A DNA stretch of 64,000 nucleotides, from contig OZ287081.1 of NCBI GenBank assembly GCA_965645245.1, positions 930,001 through 994,000 of the forward strand, read 5' to 3'. The stretch comes from Massalongia carnosa. Its lineage: Eukaryota. Position numbers and translations under genes: made by a program. This document shows, in pieces, positions 47,724 to 59,167 of this stretch (position 1 is its first letter; each line of letters begins with the position of its first letter). The notes below the pieces were generated by a model. The model was not told the origin of the DNA. It ran no database searches and saw only the letters and a program-made list of their open reading frames with translations.

Positions 47724-50700
47724 TGTGAGGGCGGATGGTATCAGGGTATAGGAGGAATAAGGGCTAAGCTAACTAAGCGGGGCTTAGTTCTACGGCTAGG
47801 CTTAGTCATATGGAAAGCAGTTGGTCTGCGTTACGCGGCTGGTATCTACTGCCGAGAGTATAGTACAAGCGATCGTGATATACGAGGATGCTCGTACGAT
47901 TAGTGAGCGGATGGTACGATATAGTCAGCACAGTGTCCACGATACAGTTTAACACAGTGTCTACGATACAGTCAGCACAGTATCCACGATGCAGTCAGCA
48001 GAGTGTTTAGCCGGCTTATCCGGTAGGAGTAATGGGCGGTCAAGATAGTTACAGTATCAAGGGCCCAGAGGGTCAAGGGCTTCGGTCCGGGTATATAAGG
48101 AGGCTGCTCGAGGAAGATGCAATCTTTAACGATTAGTCTTCCGCTTTACCTACATACTTCTTTATTATTTAAGTATAGCAAATTATTAGTGTCTTCATAT
48201 TGTCACATATCCCTAGGCCTGGTGTCTGATAATCGCCAGGTCTGACTCTTACAATTGTAATCGTTCTATCTTCAAGGAGTGACGATCTGTTGACATATTT
48301 ATACACCTTCTATACACTATCGTCCCGCCATGTCCGCGCAAGAAGTTGCCTCTGATACCATGATGCCGGAGGAGCGGATCGAAGAACTTTCGGATTCTGA
48401 GGGCCCTGGAAGAGGAGCCCTGACCCCAATGGAAAAAGTAGTCGAACCCATTCAACCCCTGACGTTAGACGAACAGATAGCGCAAGCTGAGCGCAGGCGT
48501 AGCGAACGTAAGAAGGAAGTACGTCTGAGGAATTTGAAAGCAAGTATTGAGCAACTGCAAGAACAAACTCAAAAGCCTTCGAAACCTCCAAACCCTACCG
48601 GATCATCCAAGGAATCGGTAATGAGAGGAGCCATTAACCCTTGTTCTGACGACGATGTAGAGATGACGAGTAGCCAGTCAGTACGTGTTGTTGTTTACAG
48701 GAGACTCGCTGCTAGACCCGAGAAAGTCAGTCCCTATCATGGAAAAACGGTCAAGGAACATCTGGATTATGAGTGGAACTGCAGAGTAGCGTTTCGCGTG
48801 GCAAAAGAGGACTTCCCAGATGATGAATCCAAGATCGCTTTCGCAATGCAATCGCTGGAAGGGGAGCCTAAGGAAGCTTAGTATCGATATGAGGCAGACG
48901 GTGAAATACACAATTATACCTTCGAAGATTACTTGAAATTCTTGTTTAATATTGTCGAGGACCCAGTTAATCGAGGTCTGCATATGGCCCAATTATTTGC
49001 CGAAGCAAAGCAAGGAGAGAAGCAAACGGTAAGAGCTTTAGAGGCGCACTTGAGTAGCCTCGAGGACCAGTTACCCTCCTATACCGAAGAACAAAGAGCG
49101 ACTCATCTGTTTACTAAGTTGCGGCCGTCTATTAGAGCAGCTATAGGCAACTATCAGAATATTCCAAGGACTAGAGAAGCTCTGGTGCCTCTGGCCAGTA
49201 GGCTGGAAAACAATTTGAAAAGAGAAAACGATTTCTTAACGACGTCGAAGTATGAGCGTCCAAATTGTTCTCACCCCCCTCGCACTAAATCACATAGAGA
49301 TAAGAGAAACGAGGAGATAAAGGATACTGATAAACCAAAACCTACGAAAGACGGTAAAAGGGGTCAGAAAAGAAAGCATGCTGAGACAAAGGAAACTACC
49401 GACGAGGTGACATGTTATCGCTGCGGAGAACAGTGTCACTACGCCAACAAGTGTCCTAACCCTGCTAAAGCCGACAAGGAGCTGAAGCACGGTGTGAACG
49501 CCGTCGCAAAGTCGGGAAAAGCCAAACCTCCACGGAAAGCTCGCCAGCCGATGGAGGGAAAAGATCAGTAGAAAGCGAGCCAAGTCTAATTCCTAAGGGG
49601 ACTATAACGAGCGGAGGCTAAAATTACCCGCCGACAGTGTTGCTTGATAGAGCAGCCGAGATTAATGTGATTAATCAGGGATTCGCCGTCGCTTCAGATC
49701 TTAGACCTATTGAAAGCGAACTACCTGCTCCTCAATTCATGGATGGTAAAGGGGTTTACTGCTATGGAGCTTATGAGGTAGTAATAGCTCTCGAGGATAC
49801 TTGGGAACGACAGCGTACCTTTACCAGCGTGTTTTACACAATTGACAAACAGGGCCCTGACTTGGTATTGGGTCTCCCTGGTCTCAAACAGCTGGGTATC
49901 GTAATCGATTATGGAGCGAAGCGCTGGCGTTATAGCTTTCAGTCTGATATGTTCGAGTTGTGTAAGCCTAAACAGTTTGCGAAGACCATGGATTCCGGGG
50001 CACCACTCTATGCTATAGTGGCTCAACCCATTGCACCTTCTTCCGAAAGACAACCTGTTAATGTTGGCGCTGTTGATGAGAACAACAGCCGGAATACCAA
50101 CGAAACGGAGGGGATACCTGTGGAATTTGCTGAATTCCAGGATGTTTTTTCTAAGGACAGAGCCAATCAATTAGCTACGCACAAGGACTGTGACCACGCT
50201 ATCGATATAGAAGGCGGTGATCCACCTTATAGTCCTTTATACAACTTATTGAATACGGAGTTTCAGACTCTTCGGGAATATCTTGACGACGCCCTGGCGA
50301 AGAGTTAGATCCGGCACTCCACCAGTTCCGCAGGTGCACCAATACTATTTGTGCCTAAGAAGGACGGTACTCTGCGCCTCTGCGTTGACTATCGAGGATT
50401 GAATAAGGTGACCAAAAAGAATCGTCATCTGCTCCCTGTTATCACGCAGATACTGGATCAGTTAAACGGGTGTTCCTTTTTTACCAAAATAGATTTGCGA
50501 GATGCTTATCATCGTCTCCGAATCCGCAAGGGCGACGAGTGGAAGACGGCATTTCGATCCCGTTACGGATACTACGAGTATATGGTTATGCCTTTTGGAT
50601 TAGCCAACGCCCCTGCAACTTTTCAAGCTTACATCAATAAAGCTTTATCTGGAATCGTGGATGTTTTCTGCGTAGTCTATCTGGACGATATATTGGTATT

Positions 50701-53206
50701 TTCTAAAGATAGAACTAGCCATGTGGAGCATGTTAAAGAGGTGTTACGTCGTCTAAGGAAACACGATCTCTATGCAAATCTTAAAAAGTGCGAGTTCTTT
50801 GCTCCGGCCGTGGAATATCTAGGGTTTATCATTAGCAGCGATGGTATCTCCATAGATCCACGCCGGGTTGAAACCGTGCGGGATTGGCCTGCACTTCAGT
50901 CCTTTCGAGACATTCAGGTCTTTCTAGGATTCGCCAATTTCTATCGACGTTTCATACGTTATTATTCTCAAATCACTAGGCCATTGACTGACATGCTGAA
51001 AGGCATGCAGGCTGGGATAAAAAGGGGTACTTTTTATCTTACGGCCGAAGGAGCGGAAGCGTTTAGCTAGCTGAAAGAAGCCTTTCAGGGCGCGCCCATC
51101 TTGGTTCACTTCGATCCAGAACTGCTTATTCGCCTTGAGACCGATGCATCGGATTTCGGAATCTCTGGCATTATCTCCCAGTTGCAGAAGGATGGGCAAT
51201 GGCATCCCGTCGCTTTCTACTCGCGGAAGATGATACCGGCCGAGCGCAACTATGAAACCCATGATCAAGAGTTGCTGGCTATTGTGATATGTTTTAAACA
51301 CTGGAGGCATTACCTGGAGGGTAGCCTGCACCCCGTTGAGGTCCTGACAGACCACAACAATTTGAGGGGTTTTATGAATATTAAGGTATTGAGTGGTCGG
51401 CAAGCGCGATGGGCTATAAAATTAGCCGCTTATGATTTCGTAATCATGCATCGCTCGGGAAAGACCAATCCTGCCAATGCACCGTCTAGGCGCCCTGATT
51501 ATCAGAGCATCAACACCGAGGTGACGAGATTGTTGCCTACTCTTCAAAAGAAGCTGAGCAAAATAGATTCCTTATGCGTAGGTTATACGCCGGGGATTCG
51601 TACGGTACTTGCCGCACTTAGGTATGATCTTCGCTCAAAGATAGCTTCGTCGGGGATCGAACCCCTGAAGAATTTAGAGGGTGAAACCTCTAATCAATTA
51701 CTTCTCTTGACGAAGAGAGTGATACTTTTGAAGTCGGCTTGACGCAATGTATTCCCCGGGCTGTAGCTGTTGCCTTATCAGATGAAGAAAAGCCTTTGGA
51801 AAGTGCTTCCAAGTCAGTGCTTGAACTCATCAAGGCGCTACAGAGGAAAGACGCATTCGTGTTTAGCAGGCGAGAGACCGTTGCTAAGTATTTGAAGCGC
51901 AAGGGTGGTTGCTCCCCCGAAGTAATTTGGACTATAGATAGCAATAATCTTCTCAATCATCGTGGCAGAATTTCTGTGCCCGATAAAGAATCTATTCGTG
52001 CGGAGCTGTTGCGGCGTCATTATGACGACGAGCTCGCGGGTCATTATGGTACGGAGAAAACAGCTGAGTTGCTTACCCGCAAATACTATTGGGAAGGACT
52101 TAACAAGACTGTGAAGAAGTACATGGAATCCTGCGACATTTGTCAAAGGATAAAGGCGCCTAGGCACCGACCTTACGGGGTTATGCAATCGCTTCCACGT
52201 CCTTCCGGTCCCTAAAAAGAAATCACTATGGATTTTATAACTAGGTTTCCACCTAGCAAGCGTTTCGGCCGGGTTTATGACTCGTGCCTAGTAATTGTAG
52301 ATAGATATACCAAAATTGCGCTATACATCCCGGTTACGAAAAAAATCAATGCAGTGGACCTTGCAGAAATTCTGTTTGAATCGATAGTATTACAGTTCGG
52401 TGCTTCTGAGGGCATAGTATCGGATAGAGGGTCGGTCTTTACTAGTGAGTACTGGTCAGAAATTTGTTTTCATTTAAAGACGAAACGCCGGCTTAGCACG
52501 GCCTTTCACCCTCAAACTGATGGCCAAACCGAACGACAAACCAAGACCCTTGAACAATATTTAAGAGTTTACTGCACTGACAATTAATCCAACTGGGTAG
52601 TACTATTGCCCCTAGCACAATTTGTCTACCAAGTCAGTTATCAAAGTATGCATGGGTGCAGCCCCTTTTATTGTATGTACGGCTATAACCCGGAGATTCG
52701 CTACGAAGTCGGGGACGATATCGCTATGGAGAGGGTGCCCGCTGCGAAAGAACGAGTAAAGCAATTACACGAGTTCAGATATTCTTTAGAGGCACGCTGG
52801 AAAAGCGTATCCGAAGCGCAGGCCAAGTACTACAACAGGAAACATCTTGAGAAAGATTCAATGAAGGGGACTTGGTAATGTTATCTGCCAAGAATCTAAA
52901 ACAAAAAAGGCCTAGTAAGAAACTTTCAAATAAGTTTTTAGGTTCTTTTCGCATTCTAGAAGCAGTCGGCAAGCAGGTGTATCGTCTTGCTCTTCCTACG
53001 AATTATATAATTCACCCGGTCTTTTATGTCTCTTACCTAGAACCTTACAAGCGAAGAGATAGTCAAGAGCATATACCGTTTCTACCCCCACCTGAAATTA
53101 TTAACGATGAGAAGGAATAGGACGTGGAAGAAATGATAGGTAGAAGGTCTGAGAAAGGGGAAATATTCTATAAGGTAAAATTGGTAGGATACCCTGAAGA
53201 ATATGA
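47724..53206 (+). mobile_element. Degenerate Ty3/gypsy chromovirus E5, cut in the chromodomain; 3' LTR not in window
   Basis: Putative LTR 47724-48253 (TGTGAG...CTTACA, TATATAA ~48092); gag 48330-49571 (CYRCGEQCHYANKC); pol fragments with [19 protein letters not shown]; many stops. Confidence 0.9.
47916..48008. repeat. 23-24 bp tandem repeat x4 in E5 LTR
   Basis: ACGATACAGTCAGCACAGTGTCC-like units. Confidence 0.8.
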
Positions 53207-54816
53207 TTTTTTTTTATTTATTCATTAAGTGTATTCAACCTAATGTTATGACACTAAACTATTTTAGGATATGTTTCTATAATACAAATAAATTAACCCT
53301 TTATAGCCCATCTATGTATCGTCAATTTCTCCCCATTTTTACTCCGTGTTAGTAACAGCCTATAGTAATCGAAGAATATCGATTTTACAATTTGTCTTTG
53401 TAAGTTCGTGAATGTTTCAGCATAAATCGTTTCTGATTTTACTGTTCGATCTCTCCCCAACCTCCAGTTTCGAAAATATCGTCATCAAGCTGACCTAGTA
53501 TCCATTTTCTAGTCGCGATTTTGTTATTGACAATGAATTTAATCAAAATTTCATTTACGATTTTTGTATTAAAGAATATATTCAAGTTGATCGTAGTATC
53601 GATATTTTGTTTCATGTTTTGAATTTCATCGAAATAGTAAATGCAATTCAATAACAAGTGTACTGGCGTTTGTCGTTGATTGCATCGATTTGTGAATTTT
53701 GACGAATTATAATCTATTAATTGTTGTAAATATGAGTGAAAATAGCCGTGTCCGAATTTTAATTGCATAATAGTAACAAACATTAATTTGGAACAGTTGT
53801 TTGATAAATAATAAAATCTCGATATGCCAGGTCGAATTTCAAATTTCTCGTAGTATTTGCCCTTTGATTTGCATTGTTGTCATTGATTCGTCCATGTGGT
53901 TAGCATATTTTGATTATTTGATCTTTTACATAATCAAATGTAATCGCCGAGGACTCGACTAGGATTTGATTATGGCCCGTCTTTGCTATTTTGTCTGCAC
54001 TTTCGTTTTCGGTAATATTTGAATGACTGTCATGGAATTACCTCGCACCCTCCCACGTTTCCTGATCGGGTTAGTATTTAACAGGCTTTCTTGCCGTGAA
54101 ACCTGCCCTGCATGTTGAATAGAACCGTGGCCCGTTATTCCGAACTATCCTGAAACCTCGCCCCATGTGTTCAGACATTCTTCCGCTGCCTTCAGTGCAC
54201 TCCCAAACTCTTATATCCCGAATCCAATCTCAACGCCTCCACTATCCAAGCCTACGACTGGGATTGCCCAGCAGAGAGAGATTGCTTCGGCATAGAGAAA
54301 GGCGGAACAGGTCAAAGCGATCATGGTTAGGAAATTAGAACAGGAACAGAGATGAGGGCAAGTCAATAATAGGGGAGTTGGAAGCCATGGCTATAAAACC
54401 TATGTGGTTTCTCAGGTGTTTGGAGCTCTTCGTCGGACGTCTTGTATACTATCCCTAGACCTAGCTTTCTAAATAGTAACTCTTGTATATCTCCCTATCT
54501 GGATCTTGTCCGTGACAATGACTCGGAACCCATTGCAAAATCACCTGATAATTGCTTTCAAATAAGCGTTTTGCGAGCTTTCGAATTTGTCTTGCGAAAA
54601 TATGATTTGTCAAGTTATAAATTTCGTCTATCGCGTTTATACTATCAGAAAAAATCCAAATCGATTTTTCTAAGTTCGATAAAATATTAGTATTAGACAA
54701 TTTATAGACCCATTTCATTGCTTGTAAAATCGCATGCAGTTCAGCATTTTTAATGCTTGACTGTTTGCTTAATTTCCAGCTTTTCGAAATCGTATGATAC
54801 TTTATCAGACAATCAA
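53207..54816 (-). mobile_element. LINE 3' segment L-b with RNase H and CCHC, AATAAA + short poly(A)
   Basis: AELHAI, IFSDS, LQWVPSH|SNITENESADKIAK RNase H; QLKFGHGYF...QTPVHLLLNC; tail AATAAATAAAAAAAAA on minus at ~53207-53222. Confidence 0.88.
54028..54517 (+). mobile_element. Solo LTR (490 bp) inserted in the LINE RNase H
   Basis: TGTCATGGA...TCCGTGACA; TSD ATGAC (54023-54027, 54518-54522); TATAAAA ~54392 followed by GTCGGACGTCTTG. Confidence 0.9.
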
Positions 54817-57800
54817 GAAACACAAGTACCGCAACTTTTAATACACTATAACTTTAACAGTCAATTGAGCATTTATTTCTCAGTTATTTGAGCACCTCCA
54901 AAGCAAAAACGCTCTCAGAATGAGTGTAGGAGAGCTCTAGCAAAGCTCAAGCAGAGTTTTTCTGCAGGTCGCACGCGACCGACGTGATAAAGCGCGGTCT
55001 AGAAGTTGGAAAAAACAACAAACACCAACAACATCACCAAAAATCGCTCTTTTTTCTTGTTTTCTTCTGTTCTGTTGTCGCATGACTTTCAATTATTACT
55101 CTAAAAATTATCTACAAAAAATATCTACTCTCGCGGGACTGTACAACAACTGTCGCGACGTCAAAGTCTTCTAAAGTTCATTCCTCATTTAAGGTTACGG
55201 GAACTTCCGCTAGCACAAATTTTCATAGCATATTTCACGTATAGTTTTTGCAAATTCTATTTTCGGCTTTATCGATCTTCGTTGAACGGCCGGTCAACAG
55301 ATCACTGAAAAGAAGGGGAAAACGTCTGGAATAGGATTATACCAAAGGTCCTGTTTCAGATTAGGAAGTCTCGTATTGTCTTACATTGCATTAAAATTTA
55401 TCTTTATTGAAAAAAGCAAAAAAAAACTTTCATTATTTTCACCTATTGTAGTGTCTGGTAAAGGGTTAAATCAGACTTACTGCATTAGCGAGGAACGGTC
55501 TATTTTAAACCGATTAGGATTTATTTGACGCGTTATAGTCAAATAAATAGGGATAGGAAAGAAAGAGTCATTTGACCAGTAAACAGGTGTAAATTCTATT
55601 CTGACTAGTACATCCGGGGAAAGTCAGAATAAATTATTTGGTGGCGATAAAAGGTATATTGCAAAGGCAAAAACACTATGCTCAATCGAAGGTTTAACCC
55701 GATAGGTCATAGACTAAATTGATTGATACCAACATCTCCTCCCCCAGGCCCCCCTCCACAACATCTATGGGTACCCCCGAGTACACCCCCGGGCCCCCCC
55801 CGAACCGACTCCCCACGCCATCTTCGGTAGCGATAATTGGGAGCACCCCCCTAGCCGTAGAATCCACGGAGAACATGGACCAAACGCGAGAATTTTCGTC
55901 CGCACCGTCCACACCCACCCCAAAAGCGAAATCTTTTGTCGCGACATCTGGTGAATTCAGTACTAATCTGCCCATGCCATCATTGAATTCTGATATTCGA
56001 CTGAGTCTACCAATTAAACGCAACAAAAGACGAATATTTGACGAAAATTCTAATGAAAGTCAAGAAGTCATCAATCGATCAAAATCGATTCAACTATTGA
56101 ATACGGCAAAAAATGCATTATTGGAGTCATTCGTATTAGATCAAACCCCGAAACGGCTATTGTCATCGATCACGTCAATTATCCACTGGCAGAGAAATCG
56201 ATCAAGCCAAAAGCAACGTTAGAAATGATTGATTAGAAATTGAATAGGGTGCTAGAATAAACTAGCCAAAGTCCAGAAACAAAGAGACAATCGGTGCGAC
56301 CTGTACAGACAAAATTGAAGTGAAATTCAATGGAAATTCGAATTGACTAAAAATGTCAACCCAGAAATTCGGAGCGAAACCGCCGGAGTCCCAGGGCCGC
56401 AGGTCAACGATACAGCTAGAAAATGGAGCTAAATACTCGGAAAAGCGACTGTCAATTCCGAGAATTGGACTACCGTTCATCGATCCAAAAAAAACAAATA
56501 ATAACAACAAAAACAACAATTCGAATGCGAACAGATTCGATAATACTGACGATTTCAAGGCGATCAAATCTCGACGGTTGGTAATCACACCGAAACTCAA
56601 ATCGGCGATATCGATTCACTGTTGCTTCGAAACCAAATCAATTCGCTTTTTAAATACGCGAAATTGACTATCGTTGTTAACAGGGTCGAAAAGTCCAAAA
56701 CGGGTCAATGCATCGTTCTGACTACTAGTCCTGATAACACTGCTGAAGATTTATTGAACAATAAATCAATATTGGAGCATTTATTTGACCCACGAACAGT
56801 TCGAAAGGACGAATCGTGGTTTAAAGTCGTCGCACACGGTGTAAATATTGCAACATTTGATGAAAACATGCAATATTTGCAAGACGAAATTCAAAAGTTC
56901 AATTCGAACATGCTATTATGCGATGTTCCCAGATGGCTAGCACGTGATCGTCATAACAAGATAAAATAATCCGTTGTTTTGACATTCAATGATCGAAATA
57001 TGGCCTTGAACGCGTTAAAAGGAGTCAATTTCGCGGGCCGACATTGTGACACGGAAATATTTACCTCCGTTCGTCCAAACACACAATGCATTAATTGTCA
57101 AAAATTTGGACACAAGCTTTATCAATGCAAAAGTCAAGCGAAATGCAGCATATGTGCGCAAAACAATGAAACACGCAATAATGAATGCACAACATGCAAA
57201 TCAAAAATTGCTTGTGCACACGTCGTCGTCTAATGCGCAAATTGCAAGAAGAATCATCAATCCAATGATGAAAATTGTGAAATGGTTATATCGTTAAATG
57301 TTCGAAAATCGACTGACGAATTAGCCGCTTTGTAATGGCAGGACAGCATTCGTTAAAAAATATCGAAAATACACAAAATTTTAAATTTATTCAACATAAT
57401 TGTGCAAAATCAACGAATGCAATGATATCGTGTTTGGAATATGCTTTATCAAATCAAATTGATATTGTTTTATTTCAGGAACCATGGACACGAGATCAAA
57501 AAATAATATCACATCCGTCATTTACATGTATTATGCCAAAAATAGTGACTTATCGCTCGGGAGTAGCTATATTTTTCACAAAAGGTAATCCCCAACTGCA
57601 ATGCACGCCTAGAACGGATCTTATTGATGATTCCGAAATGCAACTTATTGAAATTACAATTGATGAAGTTCGAAAAGTGCAGATTTTCAATATTTATAAA
57701 GAAAAAAGTCAAAGTGATTGAGAAACATACACGATCAATCGACTTTTAATCCAATTGCAACCTAAATCAACTGATCAATTCGTCATCTGTAGAGATTTCA

Positions 57801-59167
57801 ATGCACATCATAACTGGTGGAATTCGAAAATTCAACAAGCAATTCGATCAGAAAATCTAGTCAAATGGTTGAAATTAGTCAGGTGTAGTTTGATAAACAC
57901 ATCTTAATTAAGTATATACTACGCCCATTCTGGAAGTTCTTCATCTGTTATTGATTTAACATTTGCAAATTCTAAAACGACAATGCAATTACAAATTTGT
58001 CAATCGATGAAAACGCCGTCACAGGTTCCGATCATGAAGTCATCCGATTTGAACTAATCGCATCTTTCAAAAACTTGACGTCACATGCAACCGCATTATC
58101 TAATAAATACAATAGCAATAAAGCCGATTGGAATAAATTCGCGAAGTATCTAGACGAAAATTCAACCATCTACAAATCACAAGTTCAAAGTTTATTCAAT
58201 AATCATCAATTCGACGAATCAGCGATATATTTGCAAAACATTATCAAAAACGCGGCTGAAGTGTTTATTCCGAAAACGTAATTTTGCAAATCGAAAAATT
58301 GGTGGTCACAAGATTTAACCGAACTTCGAAAAACCATGTGCAGACATCGTCGAGAATAGAAGAATTATCCGTCCAATTTTAGTCATCGGACGTTTAAACA
58401 TAGTCGAATCGAGTATTTTCATGCAATTCTAAAAGCAAAAAAACAAACCTGGTTGACTTTTCTAGAAAATGCAGTAAATAAAGATGTATTTACCGAGTAT
58501 AAATACACTAAACCGCGCATATTCGAAAAAATACCGCCGATTCTACATGAAAACAACCTAAATTTTCAGTTTGATGACAAATGCGATGCATTTGTGTCTG
58601 CAATGTACACAAAAAACACATTTATTGACGATAATGAGGAAGATTTATCAAATCAAGACAGCGAATATGATGATAATTGGCTAGATTTGACCGAAAACAA
58701 GTTGGAAAATGCGATTAGTTTATTTAATGCGAAGAAAGCATGTGGACCTGATGCAATCAATTTTACAATTGTTCAAAAATCGTTTCAATCGTTGAAAAAC
58801 GTGTTTTTCATGATTTATTCGAAATTCATTCGAATCGGTTATAACCCGTTATGCTGGCGGACAGGACTCGGTGCAGTTCTGAAAAAAACCTAATAAATCA
58901 GACTATTCGTTTCCAAAATCATATCGAATCACCACATTACTAAATTGTCTTGGTAAAATTGCGGAGAAAATTGTAGCAAATCGACTAGCCTACTTCGGCG
59001 AAAATTCGAATTTACTCGATATCGAACAGATGGGCGGACGCAAAAATCATTCTGCAATTGACGCAGTAATGAACGTTGTTCATGATATTAAAATTGCAAA
59101 TAGAAATAAAAACATCTTATCATGTTTATTACTCGATGTCAAAGGCGCATTTGACTTTGTCTCGATA
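54817..59167 (+). mobile_element. Degenerate Tad1-like LINE L-c: ~0.9-kb 5' UTR, ORF1 (CCHC knuckles), ORF2 EN + partial RT
   Basis: CINCQKFGH, FIQHNC, FQEPW, GSDH, KACGPD, ends at LDVKGAFDFVS; colinear with 59211 onward. Confidence 0.92.
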
